A model generated the notes under the pieces. That model searched no databases. It saw nothing but the letters and a program-made list of their open reading frames with translations, and was not told where the DNA came from. A stretch of 64,000 nucleotides of DNA from Macrostomum lignano. Lineage: Eukaryota. The translations under genes were made by a program, and so were the position numbers. The stretch is taken from contig NIVC01000284.1 in the NCBI GenBank assembly GCA_002269645.1, positions 645,525 to 709,524 on the forward strand. The letters run 5' to 3'. Below are positions 1-15,100 of the stretch, in pieces; the first letter of the stretch is position 1, and each line of letters starts with the position of its first letter.

Positions 1-257
1 TTTTTAGATTGAACAGGCGATTTCTAATGTACTGCTAAGCTTTCCAATCCCTACGGACTACAGTAGCAGTTCTTAACTTTTTTTCTGTCTTGACTTCTAG
101 ACTCGGAATTCGGAACAACCTAAGGAGCCGCATGAAAATATTTAATTGGATAAAGATATTTTCTAAAAACAGCTCAAATCGTGACACATCTTCTTCTCAC
201 CTCAGTCCATCAACTGCTGCTCCTTCTGAGACCAAATCGATCGTGAAAGTAAAACAG

Positions 258-3096
258 ATCAGTTTAGATCCCATGGCCATGAATACAACCATTTCAATTG
301 TGAACCTGCTTCGCTTACAAGTACGAGCACTAGCCTTCCATTTGATGCCATTAGCTCACTTAACTCTGAAATAGTTCAAGGACGGTTCCAAATGTTGAGA
401 TCTGACGTAGAAGCAGTCCAATTTGTGGAAATTTATCAACTGGACTCCATGAATCACTCCAATGAAAGGCAGCGAATAGCTGCAAAATGCGTAAACAAGT
501 TTAAGTGAGTCACAAAAACCCCATTTACTGTAACTACATACACTTGTACGTTAGCAAGGCTCCATGCGATGGTTAATAAATGGAGAAGTAGACAAGCATC
601 TGAACAAATATTGAATAAAAATCAGTGAAGTTTCCGAATGTGAGTTTGAGCAAAGCAATGTTTAGTGTCGAATATCTCAGCATCAAAGCTGTCTTTTGCA
701 ATGCCTGAGGTGTCATTTTAAAGCTGAGACATGTGTATAGACATGACTAGAATTTGACAAGATTCTGATGAAAAACAAGGACATGGCAACTGCACAAATA
801 TCGACAAAAAATCAGTGAAATTTCTGAATGTGAGATTGCGCAAAGCAATGCATGTTTAGTGTCGAATATCTCAGCATCAAAGCTGTCTTTTGCGACGCCT
901 GAGGTGTCATTTTAAAGCTGAGACATGCGTATAGAGTAAATTGAAGCATTTTTAAATCCAGTATCTGCTTTTAGGCTGCTACGATCAAAACAATTTTAGT
1001 CAACAGTAAAGCGATTTCTAATCAGAGCTAGTGTTGCTGAGCAATTTTTAAATCAATGTATGTCAGAAGGATTTTTACTTCAGTTAATAAATTAAAGCTT
1101 ATTCGACGCCCAACACTTGCGTAAGTATTTGCCAAAAAGATGGTTGAAGTGGGTCAATTTTGTTTAAAGTTAAAGACGATTGTTTCGAATGTCTGTCTGA
1201 ATGGGTCTCCCTAAAACACGCCCCGCACCGCCCTGCAGCGCTACACATTAAAACAAATTGGACTATAACTAAAGACACTTCAGAATGCGTTTTCTGTTAA
1301 GCTTCAAGTTTTTATTAAATTTAGTTTTTTTTACTTTGAAATATAAAATTCGGTGAACAATAAGTGATATTAATAATAATATTAATAAAATAATAATATT
1401 ATAATTTAATAATGAAAACGAGAATATAAAAAATTATAATATTTAAAAAAATAAATAAAGATATTTATTCCATTACTATTTTAACTTTTCCAATCAAATC
1501 AAATACTGCCATTGACAAAAAATGTTATAATGTGTAGCAGTTCGGGGCCCGGTGCGGGGCGTGTTTTAGGGAGCCTTTGTCTGAATATCTCTCGTGAAAC
1601 CCTCACATTGCTCACATTTCAGACAACTGGGAATGTATATTTTAATATCTTACATAAGGCTATAGCTATAGGCTATATCGCCTATATGACTTAATAGGAT
1701 TTAAAGAGTTATTTTGTTTCATATTTTAAGGCAGTGCATAAAAAATAGCTTAAGCATGGTTAAGCCTTTAAAGAAAAATGGTTATAAGACCGCACCTAAA
1801 CCGCACCTACTTTTTTAATTTCAGGGTGCGATTTTAAAATTTAGGGTGCATACGCACACTCTGCGCACAAAAAAAAACCCTGCTTAAAAGCAATATTTAA
1901 TTTCATTATTTTGATAATATTAATGATTGAATTATTATAACTAGTTATTAGGATTTATAATTAATAGTAGTTTTTATTTAAGACTATTATTGGCTATATC
2001 ATCTTATAAATAGACTAATTTTAAGAGAAAAAATTATAATGTGTAAGAAATAAATAATGAATACTTCTAAATGTTCAGAAAAAACTTATATAGGACAATA
2101 CATAAGCTTCTTACAACAATGCATACAATATACATATATAATCTTCTAAGTTTGTGCTAGTTATACAAGTTGAAGTTAGTCTTGATAAAAATGGAACTTT
2201 GTTAGCTCTAGTTACATCTTCCTTTCTTGTTTTGTTACATGTTTATCTTCCCTCTTATTTATCTTTCCTATATGCAATGAGAACTTAAAGTTGGTATCAA
2301 AGAAATTAGCATTATATTGTATAGTCATTGTCCATTCATTATACTCTTTATTTTAGTTGTGTTATTACTGGCAAAAGTATTGCTGCTTTAGTCTATTGTC
2401 TATCCTTTAATCTAGTAATTCCCTGCCAGGATAGAATCTTTGCATGGCAATTTTAGAACCAAAAGTTGCATGCAATTTTTTTGTACAAGTTTTTTATTCT
2501 AAACTATGCAAATTTTATTTTTTATGATGTGTTATATAAATTTTAAATAAATTGAGGTGCCGGCGTGTTTTGATGTACTGCACTGCACCTGACTCACCTG
2601 AGTCCAATATTGAGTAACTCTAAACAGCCAGCCAGCCTACCTAACCGAACCGGCCTACTCCGGTGTATGCTGCTCTGCGTACTTTCTCTCTCTCCCCCTT
2701 GACATGATAATATTCAGTAGTGATCGATTCTGAGTTTTAAGCCCACTTACTTGTTTGTCTTTTAAGCCTATATATTGGTCTCGCCACCTACCACCTTGTA
2801 ACTCACTGTCATTGCAATATTTTGCTTGTCTCAAATATACAACCTTGTACTTGACTCAAACCAAGCCCACAGGCGGCCTTGTCATCATTTACTGGGCGCA
2901 ACTTGACATAAATATCTAAAGATAAGTTTTATAATTATCTTTTAATGTTGATGTAATGTTCAGTTCAGTGGCTTTGCTTTTAAATACAATCTCTTTGTTT
3001 TATTATAACAAATTACAAGTGTAATATTCAATATCTTATAATGAAATTGTGGTGACTGCGTTTCGCTTTCTGTGCAGAGTGGGAGATGGGGGGGGG

Positions 3097-3130
<34 letters not shown>

Positions 3131-6100
3131 TTGTACTCGCGCATGTGCATACTCTGGAGCGCGAGCACACCAGAGGTAGCGGCTGATTGGTCAGCCTAGT
3201 CAGGCTGGAAAATAAACTGGTATTTATTGAGAGAGCTAGGCTTGGCCAGCTCTAAGAAGTTTTTTCTCTCTGCAAGCCACACAGACTTTGTTACAGAAAT
3301 CATACATTTTTTGAACAGATAAAAGCTTTTCACACATAAACCTTTTAGAGTTGCACAAGTTTGCTAGAAATATGTGTGCAAGTTTTTGTCAGCTCACATG
3401 GGATGTGTTCAGGATTTTATACAAAAATCTATTTTGGTATCCCTGTAAGCCTAGAACCTATGTTTTATGTTCTAAAATATTTATATTTGCCTTGAGCTAA
3501 GAAATCCAAGCTGCATTTTCTTATTCTGACAGAATTCAATAGACTGCATTTCACATTCATGACATTTGCCTTGCTCCTTTGTTTTTTTTGTTACTTGCAT
3601 TGTCTAGTTTGGCAAGGTTTTATGCATACCATCAGGGCAAGTGTTTTTAGGCCTATATTGCTAGTCATGGTCAAATTTTGACAAACTTTAACTATATATC
3701 ATAAACCATATAGCCTTCAAATTCATAACTTTATGATGGAAAATGAGAGACCAGTGGATGCAAATCTGCCACTATTTCCAAGCATAATTCTTTTGTGCAG
3801 TCTCACCAGCTTCTCCATCATGAGTGGCCTATGTTTTTGCATCAAGATTCGCTCATTGTTTCACAAAGTCAAGAGTCCAGAGACAACTACTGCCAGTGGA
3901 AAAAGTAGCAACAGAGCTGCTAAAAGACGCAGCACTGCTTCTGCCGGCGGCAGCTTTGCTGGCAGTCACTGCTGCGCTGAGGAGGTCAATGCCAATGGCT
4001 CAGTAGATAGCAATGTTAGACTTGTGGGCAGTTCAGAGGATCCGGATGATGCGTAAGTTTAAAGTTCCTCATCATCGGGCTTGAATGAATTTATTTTATT
4101 GACCTTTATACAACTGTAATAAAGAATTCTAACTATTTCAAAAGTACAATAGGAATTCCCTAGAGACTTTTTTATCTAGCCGATTCCCCCGGACCCTTAA
4201 ATTATCTAAGGATTTCCCTTGAACCCTTTTATTATCTGAGGAATTCCCCTGGACCCTTTAATTATCTGAGGAATTCCCCTGGACCCTTTAATTATCTGAG
4301 GAATTCCCCTGGACTTCTTAATTATCTGAGGAATTCTCCTAAACCCTTTAATTATCTGAGGAATTCCACTGAGCCCTTTTATTATCTGAGGAATTCCTCT
4401 GGACCCTTTAATTATCTGAGGAATTCCACTGGGCCCTTTAATTATCTGAGGAATTCCCCTGGACCCTTTAATTATCTGAGGAATTCCCCTGGACTTCTTA
4501 ATTATCTGAGGAATTCTCCTAGACCCTTTAATTGTCTGAGGAATTCCACTGAGCCCTTTTATTATCTGAGGAATTCCTCTGGACCCTTTAATTATCTGAG
4601 GAATTCCCCTGGACTTCTTAATTATCTGAGGAATTCTCCTAGACCCTTTAATTATCTGAGGAATTCCACTGGGCCCTTTAATTATCTGAGGAATTCCCCT
4701 GGACTTCTTAATTATCTGAGGAATTCTCCTAGACCCTTTAATTATCTGAGGAATTCCACTGAGCCCTTTTATTATCTGAGGAATTCCCCTGGACTTCTTA
4801 ATTATCTGAGGAATTCTCCTATACCCTTTAATTATCTGAGGAATTCCACTGAGCCCTTTTATTATCTGAGGAATTCCTCTGGACCCTTTAATTATCTGAG
4901 GATTTCCACTGGACCTCTCAATTATACGAAGAATTCCCCTGGGGCCTGGACCCCTTAATTATCTGAGGCATTTACCTGGACCCTTAAATATTTGAGGAAT
5001 TCCATTGGTCTCTTTGATTATCTGAGAAACTCCCCTCAGCCTTTGGCCTTATCGATCTGGAAATTCCCCGCAAAAAAGTTTCCACCTGGAGACATACAAT
5101 CGGTTTTGTGTGTCGTTATTGCTAACTGCAGAAAAAAGGGGCGATCCCCTTTTATCCTCTGCTAATCAGAGAAATTCCCCTTTAATCCCCTACTTACCTG
5201 GAAAATCGCCCGGCCGCTCGCATCCGCAGGGACGCCAGCGCGGGAATCTACGAGACCACCGCCAGTCTGGACGGCCTGGATCTTCGCTGCACCGTCGTGT
5301 CTGTCGGCGTCCATCACGGCTGCGCAACCGAAGCCGGAGACAACGGCGTCAATGCGGACTTGAGCAGCGTGGACTGTCGGGATCGGCACAGCGCTCTCGC
5401 TAGCAACGGCGAGCCTCATAAACGGGTCAGCCTCCGAGAGAGCTTCATCGCCAGGCTTAGCGGACTGTCCGCGAGTGTGCAGCTGGGCCACCGGGGTCAG
5501 CGACAGTCCAATGGTGCCCACGCTGCGGTGCTAGATCCCGACGACTCCAATGAGCAGCTTGTTAGGCCGAGGTTCGTTTCTTTGCTGCCGCTGGTTGAGT
5601 TGACTCGCGATCCTAAATTTGGGGATTAGGACCTACGGTTTTGAAAGGGATTTCGACCCACGATTTCAATTTGGGATTTCGTGGGATTCGATTTGGGATT
5701 TCGACCCACGGGATTTCGATTTGGGATTTTGACGCGCGGGATTTCGATTTGGGATTTTGACGCACGGGATTTCGATTTGGGATTTTGACGCGCGGGATTT
5801 CGATTTGGGATTTTGACGCACGGGATTTCGATTTGGGATTTTGAAGCGCGGGATTTCGATTTGGGATTTTGACCCACGGGATTTCAATTTTGGATTTTGA
5901 CCCACGGGATTTCGATTTGGGATTTTGACCCACGGGAATTCGCTTTGGGATTTTGACCCACGGGAATTCGCTTTGTGATTTTGACCCACGGGATTTCAAT
6001 TTGGGATTTTGATCCACGGTATTTCGATTTGTGATTTTGACCTACAGTTTGGTTATGATATTAGGGAGCTTTCGTACTTACAAGACACAAATCTTTATCA

Positions 6101-9100
6101 AGATTTCCCATACGCATTGTATTCAAATCTGCATTTATAATGTCATATACTGTAAAAGTCCTGTTTAGCACAGCCAGGCCTCATAGGCCGCATAGATTCA
6201 TATCTGCTGGATGTCTGTCCAAGCCATCATAGGGCTTTACTAGCGTCAATGCTGTGTTTGCCGCACTTAATGGGATATTTTGTGCATTCAAATCCCCAAG
6301 GCTGGTTAGGCGGGGGGGGGCTTGAATGCAGAATTTTCTTATCTACAGCTGGCCAGTTATACAGGGGACTGGGAGGCGCAATAAAACGGCTGTTGGGGAC
6401 ACTTCAGGATAAATAAACATGAATTTTGCTACTGTTTGGGATAAACTCTTCAATGCGGCTTCGGTTTATAGCGACTCTGACGGGTGGCTGCGCTGTCTTT
6501 ACAGCCGTACTGGCTTGTGCACTTTTATTTCGCAGTGTGGCCCGCTTGCATTTTATAGTGATTTCAGAATCGCCCTCTCACCAACTCAAGAATCGCCCCT
6601 CACCAACTAAAGAATCGCCCTCTCACCAACTCAAGAATCGCCCTCTCACCAACTTAAGAATCGCCCCTCACCAACTCAAGAATCGCCCTCTCACCAACTC
6701 AAGAATCGCCATCTCACCAACTTAAGAATCGCCCCTCACCAACTCAAGAATCGCCCTCTCACCAACTCAAGAATCGCCATCTCACCAACTTAAGAATCGC
6801 CCCTCACCAACTTAAGAATCGCCCTCTCACCAACTCAAGAATCGCCATCTCAACAACTTAAGAATCGCCCTCTCACCAACTTAAGAATCGCCGTCTCACC
6901 AACTTAAGAATCTTCCCTCACCAGCTCAAGAATCTTCCCTCACCAACTCAATAATCTCCCTTCACCAACTCAAGAATCTTCCCTCACCAGCTCAAGAATC
7001 TTCCCTCACCAACTCAATAATCTCCCTTCACCACTCAAGAATCTTCCCTCACCAACTCAAGAATCTCCCTTCACCAACTCAAGAATCTCCCCTCACCAAC
7101 TCAAGAATCGCCCCTCAGCAACTAAAAAATCGCCCCTCAGCAACTAAAAATGCCCCGCCCCCACCCGCAGCCTGGACACCCAGAGGTCGGTGCTGTCCAC
7201 TAGAAGCCAGACAGACCGCGAGCTGCCTCCAGTGCCTGCCGCTGAAGCCGTGGACCTGCCACCCTCTGCCGCTTCGTCCTCGCCTCGCCTTCCGCCGCCG
7301 CCTCCCCCTCCTCCAGACTCCAGGGGCGCGCTATCATCCTGCGGACTGCTCCGCAGGCATCTGACCGACATCCCTTTGCCAGCTTTTGCCCAGCGCCTCG
7401 CCAACGGTTCGCTTCGCAAGCAGGCTCGAAACTCGAAGTCCGCCCAGCCCGACCAGCCGCCTGTGGCGTTTCCTCTGTCGGCAGCATCGCCGCCAGCGCC
7501 CGCTGATGCTGCTGAAGCTTGCGCAGCTGACGCCCCGGTCACTGCGGTGGGCTTGCCGACTGCGGTGTCGGTGTACACCATCGACAGCGATCTGACCAGC
7601 GAGGCCGATCCGCTGTACACCTCGCTGGGACCGGGACAGCAGCAGCAGGCTCAGCGAACTCAGCACCATAGCAACAGTGCAGCTGGCCATCATCATCACC
7701 ATGAGCATATTTACGCCAGCATCAGCAGGGCTACTCCGCATCAGTACGACTCTGCGGCATCCGATTTCGACGGCTTGGGGACTGCCGCTGGATCCACCAT
7801 CAATGCTGCTGCTGCTGCTGCTCCGCCTCCGCTACCGCCGTTGCCAAGGCGTAACTATGGACGCGAAGAGGTGGATAGGATTCTGCAGATGCAGCAACAG
7901 CAGCTACAACAGCAGCAGCAGCAGGGACCGACTTACTATTCGAGTATCGAGTTGGATGCTAGTGGTAAATTGCTTTATTGTGCATATTTTCTGTCTGTTA
8001 GTTTCATATTTATAGAGTTAGAAGTAGATTAAGGGGATATAGATTGAATGAGAGGTAGATTGAAAGACAGGCAGATTGAGAGGTAGAGTGAGTGAGAGGT
8101 AGAGTGAGTGAGAGATACAGTAAATGAGAGGCAAATTGAAATACAGGCAGACTGAGAAAAAAGCAGAGTAGAGTGAGTGAGAGGTACAGTGGGAGAGAGC
8201 TAGAGTTTGAGAGAGGTAGAGAGGGAGAGAGGTAGAGTGGGAGAGATGTAGAGTGGGAGAGATGTAGAGTGGGAGAGAGTTAGAGTTTGAGAGAGGTAGA
8301 GTGGGAGAGATGTAGAGTGGGAGAGAGGTAGAGTGGGTGGGAGAGATGTAGAGTGGGAGAGAGGTAGAGTGGAAGAGATGTAGAGTGGGAGAGATGTTGA
8401 GTGAGGGAGACGTAGATTAAGTGAGAGGTAGAGTGGGAGAGAGGTAGAGTGGGAGAGATGTAGAGTGGGAGAGATGTAGAGTGGGAGAGATGTTAAGTGA
8501 GGGAGACGTAGATTAAGTGAGAGGTAGAGTGGGAGAGAGGTTGAGTGAGGGAGACGTAGATTAAGTGAGAGGTAGAGTGGGAGAGAGGTAGAATGGGAGA
8601 GATGTAGAGTGGGAGAGAGGTAGAGTGGGAGAGAGGTAGAGTGGGAGAGAGGTAGAGTGGGAGAGAGGTAGAGTGGGAGAGAGGTAGAGTGGGAGAGATG
8701 TAGAGTGGGAGAGATGTAGAGTGGGAGAGAGGTAGAGTGGGAGAGAGGTAGAGTGGGAGAGAGGTAGAGTATGAGAGAGGTAGAGTGGGAGAGAGGTAGA
8801 GTGGGAGAGAGGTAGAGTAGGAGAGATGTAGAGTGGGAGAGAGGTAGAGTGAGGGAGACGTAGATTAAGTGAGAGGTAGAGTTGGGGTCATGGGTCACCT
8901 GAATTCAGAACTGCAGTTTCCAATGCCTATGTTTATTGGCCACAGCGCGCATTGCAGTTGGTAACGCAGCTCGAATGTGCACGATTATACTGAACTGCGG
9001 AGAAGCGAATTCGCTGAATCGGGTCAAATTTATTTTTCTGTTAAAAAGGTCTTTTCTTTCTATGCCAGCGCAGCCTATTGAAGCTGGCAATTCGCTCCGA

Positions 9101-12100
9101 AAAGTTCAAATTCGAATAAATTATTTATATTGCTGATTCTGCTGCCGAGATTCGCGCAAACTTATCGGGGGTGGGAAATTAGAGTGAGCACATAATGATA
9201 GAAGCTTCTCTTATCATATATGCATATGTATTTGATTTAGTTCCACCCTTATGAGTTTCTGAGATTTATCAATTTTCTTTCTGGCAATTCCTCGCCCTAG
9301 CCAAGGCGAGGCTGCATGCTTTATATTTTCTTCAATCTCTTTCACAAGAGGAGTCTGTGATTAATTATTTTTTCTCCCGAGGATAGGCGATAGGCTGGTT
9401 GCGCTGCTGTTGACTGCGCCACTGCTCTCACCCAGTGTACACTCCATGCCGTGCTGCTCCAGTCGCTTCGTGAACTTGGTTTGACCTCGCTAAGGTTCTC
9501 AGGCTCTTAGAGACTGAAGCTCTAATGTAATCCAGCTCTCAGATGCTCAAATACTCTTAGATACTTAGACTCTAAGGTACTCAGACACTAAGATCTCTGA
9601 CACTCAGACAGTAAGACACTTGGACACTATGAAACCCATAGACTAAGCCTATCGGACACTAGGAAACCTATCGGACACTAGGAAACCTATCGGACACTAG
9701 GAAACCTATCGGACACTAGGAAACCTATCGGACACTAGGAAACCTATCGGACACTAGGAAACCTATCGGACACTAGGAAACCTATCGGACACTAGGAAAC
9801 CTATCGGACACTAGGAAACCCATAGACTAAGCCTATCGGACACTATGAAACCCATAGACTAAGCCTATCGGACACTAGGAAACCCATAGACTAAGCCTAT
9901 CGGACACTAGGATACCCATAGACTAAGCCAATCGGACACTAGGAAACCCATAGACTAAGCCAATCGGACACTAGGAAACCCATAGACTAAGCCTATCGGA
10001 CACTAGGAAACCCATAGACTAAGCCTATCGGACACTATGAAACCCATAGACTAAGCCAATCGGACACTAGGAAACCCATAGACTAAGACACTCGGACACT
10101 AGGAAACCCATAGACTAAGCCTATCGGACACTAGGAAACCCATAGACTAAGACACTCGGACACTAAGAAACCCATAGACTAAGCCAATCGGACACTAGGA
10201 AACCCATAGACTAAGACACTCGGACAATAGGAAACCCATAGACTAAGACACTCGGACACTAGGAAACCCATAGACTAAGACACTCGGACAATAGAAAACC
10301 CATAGACTAAGACACTCGGACACTAAAAGACAGACGGCCCGTGCAGACTATAATCTTCTCAAATTTTTAAGGCAGTCACCCAGTTTTATAGTTAGTCACA
10401 ACAGTGCGTCTTTTCTGTGTCTGGTTTAGTCCTGTAAATGATGAGCTGACTGGTAGATGGATCGATTCTCTCCGTTCGCGGTCACAGCTGTGATGTTAGG
10501 AGGCGGCTCTGGTTTATCACGAATTTTGGACTGACGGGAATTTTCTAAATAAATCGTGGGTCATGGAGCGAGGGGATTTTAAAATATATACTGTATATTG
10601 CTGACTTCCCATCTACTATTTTTTCGGCTGGCTAATAGCAGAATTCTCAAATGATTTCCCAGGAGATTTATATTGATGAAATCCTTTGTGGCCAGTCAGT
10701 TTCACGAATAATGCTCTGAATTATGCTGTTTTGTTTTACTTGCAGTTTCTATAGAAATAGGGTAGCTTGACAAATCTGAAAGCAGCCAACTAGCTGCTTC
10801 TATGCAGGCAAATGAGGGCTAATGGAGCGTTGCTTTTGTAGCCCCTCCCCTCCGCTGCTCAGGTAATGAGCGACTGGAGATGTGAGGAGAGGAAAAAGAG
10901 AGAGAAACGCTGGACAAAACTGTTTGGGCTATGCAGGAAGAGCAAATCTTGAAATGCTAGTTAGGAATAAACTTTGGAGGAAGGAAAAGTCCCACAGCAC
11001 GTATGTAAGCTGTGGTTCTTATTTCTGTGCAAGAAATTGACTCAAACATGCGAGATTCGGATGCACAACAGAGCTCGTGACCGATATAGATGGAATACGA
11101 TAGCAACAATAATAATGACTGATTACACCTGCCCCAATTGAGCCAAATGTGCAACCGACAGCTCAGCCGCAGCTATTGCGCGCCGCATCTGAAGGCTGCG
11201 TACGGCTGTTCAGTCCAAGGCCTGGGGGGGTCGCCACACACCCTGAATTACCCCAGCTCATGCTGGCACCCATTTTACAGCTGGGTAAACTGAAGCAATG
11301 CAGAGTTAAGTGTCTTTTGCTAAAGGACACAAATTGTTCCGAGTGGGTCGAGAATCGAACCCCCGACCTTTCAGTCGTGAGTCCGACGCTCTGACCACTG
11401 GGCTACAACGATAGCAAGCAAGCAGAAACGCGAAGGCAATATTCTACTAGCAATACACATGCATATAAGGTTTGCTTTGCTGATAGCGGGCAAAATTGAC
11501 GGGAAATATTGAAGGCACTGGAGTCGGATATGGTGCGGGCTTAAAAGTGCAGATCGCAGATCAGCAGGCAGATGGTTTCGCGTGTTCGACCACAAGGCCT
11601 GCGTAGACAGATGCTGGAATCGGATGAATAATAGTATCAGTATCGTGCGAATGTGGATCACATATTCCCATGAGGGGGGATTTCAAAATGCAGGCAGAAG
11701 GGGTTTTAACTTGGAGCTGCCTCTTTGACAAAAAAGCCTTATGTAGTGTAAGCTCACTCCTGTCCAGCATGCCTAGCAAATCTCATCACAGAATAACCAC
11801 CAGAGCAACTGCAGCCAGCGAGGATAGGCCTGTTTGCTAACTTTTACAAGTAACGCCATATAATAACCAATGACTACAGGTTGTTGTAATTTTTGATACA
11901 GCCTGTCAATCTAGCTAGTTATACAATCTACAGTCTAATGTACAGCCATTCAGCTGGTTGGATCTTCTCGGCTGGACAAGTTTTGAATTGCAGAGGCGCG
12001 CTGCTGAACTGGCAGATATAGTCTATGGCCAGTCTCTTGATCGCGCCAGCAGGAAATATATATTTTTATTTTCAAGCTTCGTCGCGACAGACATGAATAG

Positions 12101-15100
12101 AGAGTTATTGAGAACAAATTCCAGATCGTTTTGAGAAAGTCTGGGGAAGACATGACTGTTCTAAAAGTCTACAGAAAGAGTCAAGTTCAACTTTCAAGTT
12201 TTTAATAAATAATAATTATTAGAAAACTACAACTTCCGATATGTTGTGTAGAAAACTTTATACACTGCGAAAGTTAATAAAAATTTCAAATTGCACACAA
12301 TTTTAGTGCAGTTTTCTTCCCTGCTGTAGCTTAGCTGCTTAATTGTGCGTTCACGATTAGTCAGTGATCCCGTGGATTAGTTCACACTTCTACGAGTATC
12401 TCTCCCGTTTACGAAGGCCGTGCTTAAGTAATCCTTATTATTTGTCATGTGACGTTTTCATAGAAGATCCAATGATTAACGAAAAAAGTTTAGCCTTTTA
12501 GTCCGCGTTATTTGGTAGTAGAACGAAAATTTAATTCTGGAGCCGATTTTATGAAAAATATCATAATTATTGCGTTTCATGAAGACGAGTGACAATTGGC
12601 AATTTGTCAAGTCGTTTTTGCCGATTTTTGGCCATAGACAACACAAGTTTAGCTTCAGCACTATCGAAGGGTCCCACTTGTCAATGACAAGTCTACAAAA
12701 TTCAAAATTCTATCTATGGTTCAAAGCCAAGGTTTATAGCCTTAGAAGAAGGATTGTAGGGTCTAGGTTGACCCATAGACTGCGCAACTATAGGGTTGGG
12801 AACTACACGCCAACCGCCCGGCCAATTTTCAGGCACAAGCCCCAAATGAATAAATTAGTTTTAGAGTGCACTGAATCCTGCAAATTTATGGACACAAAAC
12901 GTTTTATAGACGATTTGTGCGAAGGAAAATCCCACTTTTATCCCAGCTAGCGCTGGACATTCCAGTCTTGGCGTTGCACCTGGAATTTGGGTTAAAATCC
13001 TGCCGCATTTCTTTATAAACGAAAGTATTTGCCGCAAGGATTTACAGTCAGGCCTTTTGCTTCCATCATTCTGGCATTTCACGTGCCTTGGCTCACTGCC
13101 AGTGGATGGGGAGCGGCTTCTGCGCCCACAACCGCCGCCCCACTCCTAACCAAGGATGCCTCCTGTGAACTAGTGCATAGTATCCAGGCCACGCGGCAGT
13201 TTCCAAGCTAGTAGATTTCGACAAGTTAAGCTGAACAGTGAAGCGAAGACGAGGTTTTCGGCTCTAAGAAGAAATGTCAAAACTGGACCATGCGCCTCAC
13301 CCTGCTGAAGAATGCATGGAGACAGGGAGAGAAATATCGTAATTATAAGTCTACTAAAGTGCAGCTCCGATATTGATTATGATTATATATTGACGGGCAC
13401 GGAGTCTGGCCTATCTATCATCAATGCATCGATTGATTGATTAATTGTTTCTGCATGCAAGCTGCGGAAAAGAGTGACAAGTCAACGCTGAACAAACAAG
13501 AAAAAAATTCCCTTGTTGAAATTCTGTTCCTGTTGCATAAGCAGCAAGTTATAACAGATTTTTTGAACTAATGAATTTTTAGGCTAGTAGATTTTGCTAA
13601 GTTCATTAGCGTTTTATGACTAATATTTTCTGAAACTGTCCCTCTTCTCTGCATTCTCTTCTCCCCCTCAAAATCTCCTCCATTTCTGGCATTTCACTGA
13701 GCCCTCTACCCCTCTGCCCTCTCTCTATCATCTGACCTTCTCCCCTCTGCCTTCCCTCTCCCCTCTGCCTCCCTCTACCCTCTGCCTCCCTCTCCCCTCT
13801 GCCACCCTCTCCCCTCTGCCTCCGTCTCTCCTCTTCCCTCCCTCTCCCCTCTTCCCTCCCTCTCCCCTCTTCCCTCCCTCTCCCCTCTGCCTTCCCTATC
13901 CCCCTCTGCCCTCCCTCTCCCCCTCTGCCCTCCCTCTCCCCTCTGCCCTCCCTCTCCCCCTCTGCCTTCCCTCTCCCCTCTGCCCTCCCTCTCCCCCTCT
14001 GCCTTCCCTATCCCCCTCTGCCCTCCCTCTCCCCTCTGCCCTCCCTCTCCCCTCTGCCCTCCCTCTCCCCCTCTGCCTTCCCTCTCCCCTCTGCCCTCCC
14101 TCTCCCCCTCTGCCTTCCCTCTCCCCTCTGCCCTCCCTCTCCCCCTCTGCCTTCCCTCTCCCCTCTGCCCTCCCTCTCCCCTCTGCCCTCCCTCTCCCCT
14201 CTGCCCTCCCTCTCCCCCTCTGCCTTCCCTCTCCCCTCTGCCCTCCCTCTCCCCTCGTCCCTCCTCCTCTCTGCCCTCCCTCTGCCCCTCTGCTCGGCCT
14301 CTTTCCCTCTACTTTCCCGCTGCGTATCTCTCGCATCTGCAGTCTCGTATTCTGCAAGGTTACAGTTATTTGGCTAACTTTTTAGCCATGAAAACTTCCA
14401 GATTTTAGAATAATTTCAACTTTCTGGCCAAATCTTTCTGGTCTGCATTAACGTTAAAATTTCTGGTTAATCTGTAAGCTTCGACGCAGTGCCTTCTTAA
14501 TTGCCTGAACTGATTAAAAAAGTTTTGCTACATTTTTATAAGAAAAGCTTTTATTCAATTAATTGGTCTCTTAATGATGTTAAAAGTTGAAAAAATCGCA
14601 GAAAATCTGGATCTGCAACAGCTAAACTTATTTCAACTATAGTTAAACTGATGAGGTGAATCAACAGAGAGAGAGGCAATAACCTTTCACTCGGGCATTT
14701 GGGTCTCGCAAAAGCTGCCACCTTCATAAATACTGAATAGAGTGGATGAGGCAATCTCGCCCCATACACTCTGGCCTGACAGTGAAAGTAGAATGTGTGC
14801 GAGAGCGAGAAAAAGTCAATCAAGGACACAGCCCAGCTGACTACGCTAAACTATGCGCAGATAAATGATGCCTTTAGCTTGCTGGTCTAGCTGACTGTTC
14901 TGAAATATAATTATGAGGAAATTGATCCAGGAAAAGAGTGTGGAGTGAAGCCGAAGATGATGGAGCTTGTGAAAATCGCAAATTCACTTAGGATTATACT
15001 TTAACTTGAAGCTGTTCGTGGAATGCCGTAAGGAGCGCTTCTAGGCTAATGTAAATTTTTCTGTCTCAGTGAATTCCTTCTATTGCATACTAATTACCCT

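Noticed and set aside
90-374. 94-aa ORF at the window start
   Set aside because: No motif. A different frame (230-504) ends at a phase-compatible donor AA|GTGAGT and is the better candidate exon.
5162-5521. Minus-strand ORF ending at a donor-like CAG|GTAAGT
   Set aside because: The plus-strand frame fits both neighbouring exons in phase and carries a Tyr motif like the rest of gene 1; no minus-strand partner exons were found
9433-9490. 58-nt minus-strand micro-exon candidate (TAG|...G|GTGAGA)
   Set aside because: No partner exons or recognisable peptide; could be chance
11340-11407. tRNA genes at SINE heads
   Set aside because: A/B boxes are present, but there is no intact cloverleaf or acceptor stem and the sequence continues into the shared SINE body
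12570-13211. 126-aa and neighbouring ORFs in the long intron of gene 1
   Set aside because: No recognisable motif, no phase-consistent splice sites, and AT-rich codon usage unlike the supported exons
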